Below, piece after piece: positions 17,427 to 27,239 of a stretch of 55,093 bases of DNA. Below the pieces are notes generated by a model. The model was not told where the DNA came from and searched no databases. It saw only the letters and a program-made list of their open reading frames with translations. This DNA is from a virus (lineage: Duplodnaviria > Caudoviricetes). The DNA is taken from positions 1 to 55,093 of IMG/VR virus record IMGVR_UViG_3300045993_000169, one strand, 5' to 3'. Position 1 is the stretch's first letter; each line of letters starts with the position of its first letter. The position numbers and the translations under genes are program-made.

Positions 17427-20400
17427 TCATTCCACGAACGACTCGTAATCACCAAACTTGTTGATGGTCTTGATGGCTTCTCGGGTGATGTAGTCGAAAT
17501 ATGCCATGTCGATCTGAAGGTTATCCACGCCAAGAGCCTTTACCATCTCAGCTTCAAGCCAGAAATAACCCTTCGTACCTGTTACTGCATACTGCTTTTC
17601 ATCCTTAACCCGCCAGAGAATTCCTCCACCAGACTCAGGTTTCACCGGAACAAAGCGTCCCGTCCTACCAACAAAGTGAAATGCCTCATAGGCCATGGGC
17701 TTCTTGTCCTCGTCGAAGGCGAGATACATTGCACCCTGAGTGACCTGTTTGGTCTCACAGTAGTCGTCAAACGTGAGATCCTGAACGTCGAACAGCGTCT
17801 TGAAGACATAAGGATGCTGGAACTGAGCACCCACGGCTGTCCACATTTTGGTGTGCGGATTCTCCTTCTCATTGATCCGAGCAATATAGACGGCTTCGTT
17901 CACAAGACAAAGCTTGTTGTACGTAGCCTCATGCTCGAAGGTGTAACCATACTCAAGACCAAACAGAGAAACCATCTCGATGATCTCCGGTGTTGCATTG
18001 GGAATCTTGATCGAGTCGGTCTTGATGTGAGCAACCGTGAACCCAAGACTCTGGACGTACTCCTTGAGATCGATCATAAACAGGGCACCACGCTTCGCCA
18101 CAATGTTGTCGACGTTACGAATATCCCTGAACGGGTTGTCGAACTTAGCTGAGGTCAAGCCATAGACAATGTTGATCACAATCTTGAGCGCATACGAAAG
18201 CGCCTTTGCCTGTGTCTCATCCTTCAAATATGGTGCCAGCTTTCCACCGAGCATCTTTCGTGCATCGTTGTACTCGCCATGCTTGATTGCCAACCGAGCA
18301 TTCTTGAGATCGGAGAAGTTTGGCGTGTAATCTCCGAACATGTTAAGCACTTCGATGGTAGTTGGATGCATCGAAGCAATATCCAGCAGGGCAACGTTCT
18401 CGTACATACCCGGTTCAGCGTAAACGTATCCGCCTTCACCAGTTTCCTCACCCTTGTAGGTACTCTTCCCAAGCTCAAACTCATAACCCGGGAACTCTTC
18501 GCTCAGATCCGTGTACTGGAACTGCTTCTGAGGGAACTTGTCATTACCAAATATGATCTTTGCAGTGTGCTTCTGCGTCGTGTCATTCACGGTAAGACCA
18601 CTCAGGTCTGCAAGGATCTGACGAGCGATGAAGTCCTGCTTGCGTGACTCGAAAGTCGCCTCAGTGGCAGTCACGTCGTTGCAGCAGTAGTCAACCACAC
18701 GCTCAACATCTTCATCCTTAACAGGCTCATCCCACGGAATATCCATCTCGATGTGGGGAAGCCCTAACTCGATCTCGTACTTCTTCAGCCCCTGCTTCTT
18801 CGAGGTGAAGTCGTAAATATCCGTGTACGAGAGGTTGTATGCCTCACCAAACATCGCACCGTGATCATTGGCTATGATCTTCTGCGACAGCAGGTAAAGT
18901 TGTTCGTTGTTGTACCCCATGTACCTTCCATACAAGATATGGTTGTCGTATCGGCGGTTGTTGAAGCCCACCAACTTAAAGCCAAACAGAGATTCAACCT
19001 TCTGCGCATCAGGGTTGATCATCCGAACGACGTTGTCGTCCCCCGCATACTTCCAGCACACAACGAAGAGGTTTGGGTAAACCTCAATGTCGAAGAAGAC
19101 GATGCGCTCGTCCGTAGCCTGTGCCAAAAATGGCTGGGCATCATCCTTCCCATGGAACTTCATCTTCTGCACGATCTTGAGAGCCTGCATCGGCTGGTTG
19201 CTGCTGTTGTTCGCGAATGCAACAATCGTAGGACGCATGTCAGTCAGGTCATAAGACAGATCCGAGTCATAGGCGTCATCAAGGATCTTCTGGATGAAGT
19301 CGATTGACGGTTTGGTTCCCGGATGAATCTCCTTTCGCAGATTTCTAGCGATAAGATCTCGAAGACCTTTCTCGCTCTGAATTGTGTTCGATGGGAGCAT
19401 CTTCTTCTTCTCCTTAATTGGCAGCCCACTATTGATAGCGGCTACGGGAACGTTGTTACACTTAGTGAGCTTTCTGCGCAAAGCGCTGTTGCCCGTATAG
19501 ACTTTTACCTCAATACCTGTCGAATATTCAGGCGCGAGTTCTGCGACGTCACCGTCATAGACATAGTGCAGATGCACACCACCCTCACCCTTACTGATCT
19601 CAGCATATGTTGCTGGCCAGTTACTTGCGGCAGCGAGGTTCTGTTCGAGCGACTTCTCCCCATGTTCATTCTTGAGATCAAAGTCGATCACAATATGGTT
19701 CTCAGGGATCTGGACATAGTGCAGTTTTGAGGTGTCAATCTCAGACAACTTCGTTTTGACAGAGGACCACCTTCGTGCTGGTGTCCCATCATCATTTGCA
19801 TACTGAGCCGGATAGTCTCCGTACAAGGTGTCAAATATGGAGACATACTCATCCATCACCAGCGAGAAATTCGTATCGTTCTTTGCTGGCATCTTGAACG
19901 GACGAGCGGTGAACCCAGAGTAGTAACTCCTCAACACGACCCCATCAATATTGGTCCTGTCGTGAAACTCTGAGAAGTAGTTCCGCAACTCTTCACGAAC
20001 TTTGTACTGCGGAAGCATACGCTCAATGCCTGTGTCCCCACAGTATTCTTTGTACAACTGATAGGCTTGCCTGAGCGTCGCTCCATTCTGCTCCTTGAAT
20101 ATGTCGTAGTTCGCCTCAATGAAGTTGAAGAAGATGTCAGTCTGAAGCATCATCTCAAGGGGACGATACGAATTGTAGTAGTTCTTGCCCATCTTGCGAT
20201 AGACATCGAGACAATGTTGCGCGATAGCGCCATGCTCGAATTCGATCTTAGCCATTAACGCATGGTAGTGGTTGGCTGGGATCTTGACACCAGTTGGGTG
20301 GACGTCGATCAGACGCCTGATGATTCCCGACTTAGCATCGGAGATCTTAACTGGCTGGTTGGTACCCATGAATAAGAAAGCATTCACCCGAGCGGTATAG

Positions 20401-21182
20401 CTAGGCTTGTACTTCTCGTTCATGGTCATGTCTTCATGCGCGATGATTGAGTTAAGCTTGGTGTTGTCCTCAATCTTCGATAGATCCCCATCGTGCTGCA
20501 GTGCCACGAGTGGGTTGTCCTTGAACACCTCTGTTGCAAAAGCTCCATTCGAAGAACCAAGCGCCTTTGCTTCAAACGATGTTGTGTAACCAACAAACAA
20601 GTCCTGCAGAATGTTTAGAACGGTTGACTTACCTGTACCAGCAGGACCATACAGGACGATGAACTTCTGGATCTTCTTTGAGTCACCAGAAACCACAGCC
20701 CCAATAGCCCATTCAATCTTAGCCCTCTCCTCAACAGAATATAGAGTTCCGATGAGTTCGTCCCATGCGCTATAGTCACCAGCCGCTAGAGGATATGGAA
20801 GGCGCCGACTCACGTAGTCGGACTTCTTGGTTTCAACATTTGCAAACGTCAGATTCTGATCTAACTGATGACTATTGTCACTGACATTCTGCATAAATTT
20901 TCGAAAGGTGCTCCAAGTATTGGTACCGAAAGAGCGAAGGTACTTCACATTACACGCGGGTCCACCTGAGGTCTCTTTCTCAGCAAACTGGCGGAGGTCT
21001 TCGTCTACAAGACGTTGCACATCATACTCGTCTGTAGACCAAAGCTTCCTTTCATCGTCCCAGATTGCATAGAACGATCGTCCTCGAACCATAAGATCCT
21101 TCGAACGTCCAACAGTGAAGTCTGGATATATCTCCAAGCCTCCGCCCTTAGTCTCTCTCGTGCTGATTTGATAGAAGTCCAT
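17427..21182 (-). CDS. fused SF3/D5-like helicase - AEP primase - family B DNA polymerase with 3'-5' exonuclease
   Basis: GPAGTGKS; IDFD and HLHY; DIE, FN..YD, Y..ND; DIASMHP, KxxxNxxYG, KTDS. Confidence 0.85.
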   Translation of the reverse strand: MDFYQISTRETKGGGLEIYPDFTVGRSKDLMVRGRSFYAIWDDERKLWSTDEYDVQRLVDEDLRQFAEKETSGGPACNVKYLRSFGTNTWSTFRKFMQNVSDNSHQLDQNLTFANVETKKSDYVSRRLPYPLAAGDYSAWDELIGTLYSVEERAKIEWAIGAVVSGDSKKIQKFIVLYGPAGTGKSTVLNILQDLFVGYTTSFEAKALGSSNGAFATEVFKDNPLVALQHDGDLSKIEDNTKLNSIIAHEDMTMNEKYKPSYTARVNAFLFMGTNQPVKISDAKSGIIRRLIDVHPTGVKIPANHYHALMAKIEFEHGAIAQHCLDVYRKMGKNYYNSYRPLEMMLQTDIFFNFIEANYDIFKEQNGATLRQAYQLYKEYCGDTGIERMLPQYKVREELRNYFSEFHDRTNIDGVVLRSYYSGFTARPFKMPAKNDTNFSLVMDEYVSIFDTLYGDYPAQYANDDGTPARRWSSVKTKLSEIDTSKLHYVQIPENHIVIDFDLKNEHGEKSLEQNLAAASNWPATYAEISKGEGGVHLHYVYDGDVAELAPEYSTGIEVKVYTGNSALRRKLTKCNNVPVAAINSGLPIKEKKKMLPSNTIQSEKGLRDLIARNLRKEIHPGTKPSIDFIQKILDDAYDSDLSYDLTDMRPTIVAFANNSSNQPMQALKIVQKMKFHGKDDAQPFLAQATDERIVFFDIEVYPNLFVVCWKYAGDDNVVRMINPDAQKVESLFGFKLVGFNNRRYDNHILYGRYMGYNNEQLYLLSQKIIANDHGAMFGEAYNLSYTDIYDFTSKKQGLKKYEIELGLPHIEMDIPWDEPVKDEDVERVVDYCCNDVTATEATFESRKQDFIARQILADLSGLTVNDTTQKHTAKIIFGNDKFPQKQFQYTDLSEEFPGYEFELGKSTYKGEETGEGGYVYAEPGMYENVALLDIASMHPTTIEVLNMFGDYTPNFSDLKNARLAIKHGEYNDARKMLGGKLAPYLKDETQAKALSYALKIVINIVYGLTSAKFDNPFRDIRNVDNIVAKRGALFMIDLKEYVQSLGFTVAHIKTDSIKIPNATPEIIEMVSLFGLEYGYTFEHEATYNKLCLVNEAVYIARINEKENPHTKMWTAVGAQFQHPYVFKTLFDVQDLTFDDYCETKQVTQGAMYLAFDEDKKPMAYEAFHFVGRTGRFVPVKPESGGGILWRVKDEKQYAVTGTKGYFWLEAEMVKALGVDNLQIDMAYFDYITREAIKTINKFGDYESFVE

Positions 21183-21196
21183 CTACCCTCCTCTCG

Positions 21197-21724
21197 TTAC
21201 TCTCGTTCCTTCAAATATGCGGACATCTGATACCAGATCTCGATGTCTCGCTGGTCGCGTTCAGGATACCTCAGCGGAAATAACCCTCCGGCGCCATCAG
21301 GATTATACGTTCTCCAGATTACTTGGTCTAGCGCTGCCTCAATTTCTTCGGTCGGAATATGGGACTTATCGTTGTAAGCACGAAACTCTAGATTCTCCAT
21401 GAATTCCCAAAACCACTCGAGGGGCTCGCCTCCTGCTTCAAAGGCAAGCCTCCTCGAAAGGCCTATCAGCAACTCAAACACAGAACAACCTAGATTCATC
21501 CAGTCGAGGCTCACATCCTCGAGTTCTTTATCATCGATGAATTCGTACCGTAGATCTTTTCCGTCTTCTGCTCGGTTGTCATCGTTTGGAACAAACCAGA
21601 CGAACTCTTTACGATAGAGCAGTCTGAATATGGACCAGTAGGTCCGTGACGGGTTCTTCAGTGTTACCGAGCCGACTTGACTGTAGAGCCATGTGAGATA
21701 TAGCTCGTCCAGTTCGGTGTTCAC
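21197..21724 (-). CDS. conserved hypothetical phage protein
   Basis: DDNRAEDG..GGLFP; coupled to neighbours. Confidence 0.75.
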   Translation of the reverse strand: MNTELDELYLTWLYSQVGSVTLKNPSRTYWSIFRLLYRKEFVWFVPNDDNRAEDGKDLRYEFIDDKELEDVSLDWMNLGCSVFELLIGLSRRLAFEAGGEPLEWFWEFMENLEFRAYNDKSHIPTEEIEAALDQVIWRTYNPDGAGGLFPLRYPERDQRDIEIWYQMSAYLKERE

Positions 21725-22659
21725 TCATCGTCACCCCGGAACCGACGATTCTTCGGGCGACGATCATGATTCTCCCGCTGACGAGAACCATGACGGTCTG
21801 AGTGTTCGATGTGATCTTCCGGATCGACGAATCCAAGAACAATCTCGGCGTACTTACCAGTACTCCGCACAACCTCGAAGTCGAGTTCGAGACGATCGTT
21901 CCGGACGTAGACGATGTTCGGGTCTCGTGACCCATGACCAAACAACTTGGTGGCTTCCAAGCCAATGGTCTCGTCAACATCCGGAATCGGACGCTCTCGC
22001 TCGTCTACAAGGACGTCATCACCATCGAAATATGTGACAGTGACCTGATTGTGCTCGTCCTCATTCTCGTTGTACTCATCTTCATGCACAATGTAAGGCT
22101 CACCCGGAGTTCGTCCAGCAAGTTCTGCTTCATAACTCCACTCGCCGTCATCTTCGACTGGAGCATTGTCGACGAATATGTTCTTGACCTGAGTAGGAAG
22201 CTTTCGCTCGATCTTCTTGGGCGCAGGCTCCTTCTCATCCATCTGATCTGAAATATTCTCAGAGGTCTCGCCTTCGCCCTTGTACCGGACCATTGCCTCG
22301 GTTGCTTCCTTGACAGCCTCGAGCACCTCTTCTGGAGCATCAATGCCAAGATTTGCAACGACCATTTCGGGTGAAGAGAAGTTGCCCTGCTTGTGCTTCG
22401 ATGCGTAGAAAAGCTTTGCTTCCGCGATCTCCTGCGCAGCAATCTTCTCGTACTTAGGCTCAAGCACCTTCCTCGCGATGAAATATCCCGCAGTTGCACC
22501 GATAGAGAGGGCAATGACTCCCACCCCAGCAAGCAACCACGGGTTGTTCTTCACGATGTTGATCGGCTCTTCCATGGCATCAATGGTCTTGTCCATGATA
22601 TCGAGCGTCTCTTCGATTGTGTCGAGCGTCTCTTCAACGATCTTTTCTTTGACAGCCAT
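21721..22659 (-). CDS. membrane-anchored acidic hypothetical protein
   Basis: TM helix near N-terminus, acidic C-terminal half. Confidence 0.75.
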   Translation of the reverse strand: MAVKEKIVEETLDTIEETLDIMDKTIDAMEEPINIVKNNPWLLAGVGVIALSIGATAGYFIARKVLEPKYEKIAAQEIAEAKLFYASKHKQGNFSSPEMVVANLGIDAPEEVLEAVKEATEAMVRYKGEGETSENISDQMDEKEPAPKKIERKLPTQVKNIFVDNAPVEDDGEWSYEAELAGRTPGEPYIVHEDEYNENEDEHNQVTVTYFDGDDVLVDERERPIPDVDETIGLEATKLFGHGSRDPNIVYVRNDRLELDFEVVRSTGKYAEIVLGFVDPEDHIEHSDRHGSRQRENHDRRPKNRRFRGDDE

Positions 22660-22670
22660 AATTGGTTCTC

Positions 22671-23579
22671 CTAGATCTTGTCGAATATGGTGCCGTCGAC
22701 ATTGAAGTCGAGGAGGATGGAACCCTCACGGCCATTTACAAAAGCACGAGCACGTTCGCTATCAGCGTTGTACATGCCGAAGTCAACGAAGTTGTCGCCA
22801 ATGCCATCCTTGGTCATACGCCATCCAACGACAGCGCCTTCCTTGGACCGATCAATACCTAGAGAGTCGTAAACCTCATTGAGGAATACGTGACCGCGAG
22901 CACGGAGCCTGTCGTTCGCCCAGTCCTGCTGGCACTGGAGGAACATCCGGTTGTACTCGGGATTACGCTGCCAAGATGAAGAGTACTCGTCGAAGAACCG
23001 AGCATAAACAGACGCTCCGTTCGGACCAACTCTCGAAACCATCTTGGTCTTGGGCTCGCCCTTGTCCGTTTCCTCAAGAATCTCTCGAGTCTCCGAACCG
23101 TAGCGAAGCTCACGCTCCTTGTCTTCACCAACTTCGGTAAGGACACGTGCCCTATATTCAGCGAAGCCCTTTTCGACCGCAGCGTAAGCAGCAGTCAGTC
23201 CGATGTTTCGCTTCGTCAGGATGATGTGCGATCCTGTGAGGCAGGTAATCGAGATGACACCAATCGTAACGGCTGGCCAGTACAGCTTTGCGATTGCCAT
23301 CGCTCCACGAACGTAGATCACGGCCTTGTCCTGCTGCCAGTCCCGATCTGAGTACTTCGGGTTTCCGGTTTCATGCAGGTCATAGGCCTTGCAAAGCTTG
23401 TCGTTGGTCTCATCGATCACGTGGTCAAGATTGAGCGTTGACCGAGATGCGAGAACAACGGTTGCCACTACGCCAACAACACCAGTACCGAAGAGAATAA
23501 CCGGTGAGTGCTTCTGTCCAAGAAGAAACTGACGAGCGACTTTGGACGTTACAACGTCTTTGATTGAACTGAGGTTCAT
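22671..23579 (-). CDS. conserved membrane-associated protein (DUF6353-like)
   Basis: HSP.IL TM, AAY, F..Y, LN.VY..LG..GW; paralog of 29548..30333. Confidence 0.7.
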   Translation of the reverse strand: MNLSSIKDVVTSKVARQFLLGQKHSPVILFGTGVVGVVATVVLASRSTLNLDHVIDETNDKLCKAYDLHETGNPKYSDRDWQQDKAVIYVRGAMAIAKLYWPAVTIGVISITCLTGSHIILTKRNIGLTAAYAAVEKGFAEYRARVLTEVGEDKERELRYGSETREILEETDKGEPKTKMVSRVGPNGASVYARFFDEYSSSWQRNPEYNRMFLQCQQDWANDRLRARGHVFLNEVYDSLGIDRSKEGAVVGWRMTKDGIGDNFVDFGMYNADSERARAFVNGREGSILLDFNVDGTIFDKI

Positions 23580-23589
23580 TCCTATCTCC

Positions 23590-23721
23590 TTAAAGTTTAT
23601 TTTGCATTCTGAGCCGCATGGTTATGGCAACGACTTGCGCCTTTGTCATCTTGTCAACCTTTTCGGCCCATTGCTTGCTGGGATATGCCTTCTTGAGCAA
23701 CTCGCGCTCTGGGTTGGCCAT
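23590..23721 (-). CDS. small hypothetical protein (43 aa, not in ORF track)
   Basis: MANPERELLKKAYPSKQWAEKVDKM..; TGATG coupling. Confidence 0.65.
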   Translation of the reverse strand: MANPERELLKKAYPSKQWAEKVDKMTKAQVVAITMRLRMQNKL

Positions 23722-24383
23722 CAGTCAAGAAGTTCCGGCTTTGGAAGGTCAAGGAGATAGCCGTTGCTTACACGACTGACTCCAGCACCACGAATATCCA
23801 CCCAGCCATACTTCTCATCGGTGAAGTTCCCCGAGACACCAACAAGATCGTACAGATCAGCAACTGTTGCTGATTCGTACTTTGAAACCAGATCGAAAAG
23901 CCTGTCGACGACCTCCTCAGCCTCAACACGTGTTGGAAGAACGATCTCGTCGAAGTTATGAGCAGCCCGTGAACGCTGACTCATGTTTCGAGGCTGATCG
24001 TCGCGGCGGTCACGATCATTCCGATTCGAGTTGTGACCCGAATATCGGTTGTAGCTGACGAAACCGTTCGAACTACTGTGACGAGACCGCGAAGAACTTC
24101 GATTCATCGGACGGTTGTCACCATAGATCCGTCGGTCGATTCCCTCACGAAGGGCATCTGCGAAGAGATCTCTTGCCTGTGGAATAAGAACCTCAAACCA
24201 CACATACACCACGGCGTTCTTAGCGTTCTCACCAATGAAAACATCCTTGAACTTTTTTCCCAGCGGCTTTTTTCTGATGATCGCTGTACCAGTGGTAACC
24301 CGCTCGACCTTCTTGGGTTCGGGCTTCGCCACAGGTTCTGGCTTTTGCTTATTGCTGTTGCTGGGGAATTCGCTTCCTGCCAT
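23721..24383 (-). CDS. conserved hypothetical protein
   Basis: GAGGA RBS; C-terminal VADLYDLVG..YGW..LPKP domain. Confidence 0.75.
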   Translation of the reverse strand: MAGSEFPSNSNKQKPEPVAKPEPKKVERVTTGTAIIRKKPLGKKFKDVFIGENAKNAVVYVWFEVLIPQARDLFADALREGIDRRIYGDNRPMNRSSSRSRHSSSNGFVSYNRYSGHNSNRNDRDRRDDQPRNMSQRSRAAHNFDEIVLPTRVEAEEVVDRLFDLVSKYESATVADLYDLVGVSGNFTDEKYGWVDIRGAGVSRVSNGYLLDLPKPELLD

Positions 24384-24408
24384 AATTTTCGTCCTCAATT
24401 CAAAAGAG

Positions 24409-24442
24409 AAAACCTAAAGCCCGGGTTAGGGGCTGTCGGTTT
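24409..24442 (-). terminator. cassette-type terminator
   Basis: + strand AAAACCTAAAGCCC..GGGCT..GGTTT. Confidence 0.7.
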
Positions 24443-24453
24443 GAGTTTGTATG

Positions 24454-24717
24454 TCAGTCTTTCTTGGTGTGGGGAAACGAGCTGATCTGCTCGAAGGCGT
24501 CGAGGATCGTATCAAACTTATCGTCGGTCCAGTCTTCTGCCTTATCTGATATCATCTCTCCGATCACAAACGCGCCGATGTAAAGTTGCACGACTTGGCG
24601 CTTCTTATCAGTGACGATGTTTTGATGGATGAGGGTAATGATAACAGCAGTAACACTGTATCCGACTACTCGTCGAGTAATCTTCTTGGCTAGAGCAATC
24701 TTCTGTTTCTTAGTCAT
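24454..24717 (-). CDS. cassette gene, membrane protein
   Basis: two hydrophobic segments; own promoter and terminator. Confidence 0.7.
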   Translation of the reverse strand: MTKKQKIALAKKITRRVVGYSVTAVIITLIHQNIVTDKKRQVVQLYIGAFVIGEMISDKAEDWTDDKFDTILDAFEQISSFPHTKKD

Positions 24718-24740
24718 GATGTTCCTTCCATAGGGGTCTC

Positions 24741-24765
24741 ATTATAGGGGGCGTAATTCTTGCGT
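24741..24765 (-). promoter_or_regulatory. phage promoter motif
   Basis: ACGCAA-N13-TATAATGAGA. Confidence 0.75.
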
Positions 24766-24880
24766 GAAAGAGGGCGCATGTTTCGGGGAAGCCTCGGCTG
24801 TCGTTTAAAGTTCGCATCCGGAATAAGGGCGAGACCCTTACAAAAGGACCCTTTGCGAACTCCCCCATCACGAATATAGA

Positions 24881-25459
24881 CTACTGCTGAAGACCGTCGC
24901 TACGAGTCTTCATTGCCGTCAGCAGTTCCTCGCGAGTCATGTCCTTCGGGTCCTTGGGCCCAGTCACGACAGTTCCCTCAACAACCTTCGGCTCCTCAGG
25001 AAGAGGAACGTCCTGCACAGGCTCCTCGGGCGGTGGTACATCCTGCACGTGCTTCATCATCTCCGGCGGAAGGACAGTCATGTCCATATTCTCACTCATC
25101 TCCGCAGGGACAATTCCCTTGATGAACTCAGCGCTTGCTGGTGCATTCGTAACAAGCTCCATGAATAGGATGGAATATGCGTCCGTCTCCATGAACCTCT
25201 TGGTGATCTCAGGAGACTTCTCGAGGCCCTTGTTGTCGTCTCGACGGAGTCCATAGGCCTTCCCGATGATGTCCTCGAAGGCATTGATGATCACTTCGCC
25301 ATCCTGATCGGCGATGATCTTCTGAAGCGACTCAGCAAAGCCTCCACCCTTTCGCATGAGCTCCATCTTGGCAATATCAACCTGCCGAAGGTTGAACCAG
25401 AAGGTTTCAGTGAGCGAATTTCCATCGAGGTCTTTGTACGTAATGGTCTTCTTGAGCAT
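24881..25459 (-). CDS. conserved hypothetical phage protein
   Basis: MLKKTITYKDLDG..; Pro-rich duplicated VQDVP.PEEP tail. Confidence 0.75.
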   Translation of the reverse strand: MLKKTITYKDLDGNSLTETFWFNLRQVDIAKMELMRKGGGFAESLQKIIADQDGEVIINAFEDIIGKAYGLRRDDNKGLEKSPEITKRFMETDAYSILFMELVTNAPASAEFIKGIVPAEMSENMDMTVLPPEMMKHVQDVPPPEEPVQDVPLPEEPKVVEGTVVTGPKDPKDMTREELLTAMKTRSDGLQQ

Positions 25460-25480
25460 TGGTGTATCTCCTAGCTTGGT

Positions 25481-25603
25481 TTAGCGTGGAATATCGGTGT
25501 TTGTCAGGTACTCTTCGGTCGTTCTTCGATCCTTCTCAAGAAGCTTTCCCAGCATGACTCCAAGAACTCCACCGACAAACAGCAACAGGAACTTCTTCTC
25601 CAT
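25481..25603 (-). CDS. small membrane protein (40 aa, not in ORF track)
   Basis: MEKKFLLLFVGGVLGVMLGK.. Confidence 0.55.
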   Translation of the reverse strand: MEKKFLLLFVGGVLGVMLGKLLEKDRRTTEEYLTNTDIPR

Positions 25604-25614
25604 GTCAGAACCCT

Positions 25615-25746
25615 TCAGTGCTTGTTAATAGGATCGGGCGGGAAGAAATGGTTGATCGTACGATTGATTGCATGTGCCGCGAGAAATCCTGCAGAAACTC
25701 CCGCGACAACCACAAAGTAACGCACCTTTTCGAGCTGATTACGCAC
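25615..25746 (-). CDS. small membrane protein (43 aa, not in ORF track)
   Basis: GAAGG RBS, GTG start, hydrophobic core. Confidence 0.5.
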   Translation of the reverse strand: MRNQLEKVRYFVVVAGVSAGFLAAHAINRTINHFFPPDPINKH

Positions 25747-25755
25747 GATACCTTC

Positions 25756-26169
25756 TTAGATGTCTGCGTTGAAATGGATAGATCCGTCAGTCTTGACGCT
25801 CACATGAGACGTTGGCCTCGGAGCCTCTGTTGTGTGAAAATATGGAAGGACACCCATCTCATCCCAAGTTCCCTCAACCACAGCAGCCTTGAGGAGAAGC
25901 AAGTAGTTCAGGTTGTCTGTGATCTTCTCGGTCCAAAGCTCAAGATCGAAGGTCTTGTCGCTCTCACACATGTCATAGATCGAGACCGTGTGCTTGACCA
26001 TCATCCCGGCAACAGCCTGAGTGACAGAGCAGCCACGAATATCCGCAGCAACCTTGAAGTTGTGTAGACGATCGGTGTCAGTCGCATACTCTTCAGCCTT
26101 CCCGACCAGCACCTCCCGGCACTTCTGGATTTGCTGGTCGAGAACGTTGGCGAAGTCTTTTGTCTGCAC
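25756..26169 (-). CDS. all-alpha nucleotide-modification-associated protein (DUF1599-like, tentative)
   Basis: K..EYA..D.L.NF..KH..D..NY.LL pattern. Confidence 0.5.
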   Translation of the reverse strand: MQTKDFANVLDQQIQKCREVLVGKAEEYATDTDRLHNFKVAADIRGCSVTQAVAGMMVKHTVSIYDMCESDKTFDLELWTEKITDNLNYLLLLKAAVVEGTWDEMGVLPYFHTTEAPRPTSHVSVKTDGSIHFNADI

Positions 26170-26171
26170 TA

Positions 26172-26618
26172 CTACTCCTTGAATTTTGTTTTGATGTTGG
26201 TCGCAAACTGTCGAGCCTTGTACTCAGCCTTGAGCTTGCGGTAGTACTTCTGGCCCTCTGCGTATAGGACCTTGTCGTATCCGGTCTGGTGCAGAATATA
26301 GGCCACACCAACCAAAACGAGAACACCAGTGGACATGCTCCGACGATCCCCGCGGAGAATGCCCTTCACGTTCTTACCAATCGCGTTCGATCGGTCGATG
26401 TGCTGACGCTCCTGAGCAGCCTTGATCGCGTGCTTCGCCATATCCTGAGCAGCGTAAGCACGTTCGAAGGCCTCTTCATAGCCGGGAATACTTGTTGCCT
26501 TCTGCGCAATCGCTGCGTTGAGAAGCTTTCGACGCGTTCCAGCACCTTCACCGAAGAACATCTCAGCACGAGCCCAGTTAAACGCATCAACTGCAGCAAG
26601 TTTGTCGACGTTTTTCAC
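26172..26618 (-). CDS. conserved hypothetical membrane-anchored protein
   Basis: GEGAGTRRKL motif, C-terminal TM. Confidence 0.7.
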   Translation of the reverse strand: MKNVDKLAAVDAFNWARAEMFFGEGAGTRRKLLNAAIAQKATSIPGYEEAFERAYAAQDMAKHAIKAAQERQHIDRSNAIGKNVKGILRGDRRSMSTGVLVLVGVAYILHQTGYDKVLYAEGQKYYRKLKAEYKARQFATNIKTKFKE

Positions 26619-26866
26619 TTTGGTCCTTCCTCATTGGTGATGATCAGATTGAACTCGACGTAATCACGAAGCTCGGTCAGAATATGCTTAGGGACGTAAG
26701 GTCCCATGGTGGCGAGCATGTGATCGACCAGAGCCTTCTGCCGGTTCTTGAATACCTCATCGGACTTCAAGAGTTCCCGAACCGTGTGACGAAGGGCAAG
26801 GCCCGTACCAACGGCTCCGACAAGAATACCTACGCTCATGCCGGAGCCGAAACTGTTGAGACTCAT
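26615..26866 (-). CDS. membrane-anchored hypothetical protein
   Basis: MSLNSF start with GAAAGGG RBS. Confidence 0.6.
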   Translation of the reverse strand: MSLNSFGSGMSVGILVGAVGTGLALRHTVRELLKSDEVFKNRQKALVDHMLATMGPYVPKHILTELRDYVEFNLIITNEEGPK

Positions 26867-26868
26867 AA

Positions 26869-26985
26869 CTACCCTTTCAGATCCTTTTCGTGCTGAGCAA
26901 TGTGGCAAGGACAGGCACAAATATAGTCGTCCTTAATCGAGTCAGGACAGTTCTCATGCTCTCCAGACACGCAGTAGCCACTCAT
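26869..26985 (-). CDS. Cys/His-rich microprotein (38 aa, not in ORF track)
   Basis: MSGYCVSGEHENCPDSIKDDYICACPCH..; ATGA overlap. Confidence 0.65.
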   Translation of the reverse strand: MSGYCVSGEHENCPDSIKDDYICACPCHIAQHEKDLKG

Positions 26986-27239
26986 GATAAGTCGACCTCG
27001 TGCTGAACGAACCACAAAGACTCGGGATCAAACTCGACAGATGTCCCCTTCGGCATTGAGGACTTGGTCGTCCCAAAGAAATTGAACACATGCCCCTTTG
27101 GAATATGGTGCTGCTTCTCCACCTGCCATTCGACCTCTGCCGTTGTGGGACTCGCAGCGATACCGACCTGCACGAGAAAGAACACGTCCGTACCTTCATC
27201 CGACTGCTGGATGAATATGCCCCTCGGGATGGAACTCAT
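26982..27239 (-). CDS. hypothetical protein
   Basis: ATGA overlap. Confidence 0.6.
   Translation of the reverse strand: MSSIPRGIFIQQSDEGTDVFFLVQVGIAASPTTAEVEWQVEKQHHIPKGHVFNFFGTTKSSMPKGTSVEFDPESLWFVQHEVDLS

Noticed and set aside
24781-24872. Hammerhead ribozyme (GUGAUGG..GAAAC)
   Set aside because: The core deviates from CUGANGA (no C3-G8 pair, no A9) and I could not build stems I and III
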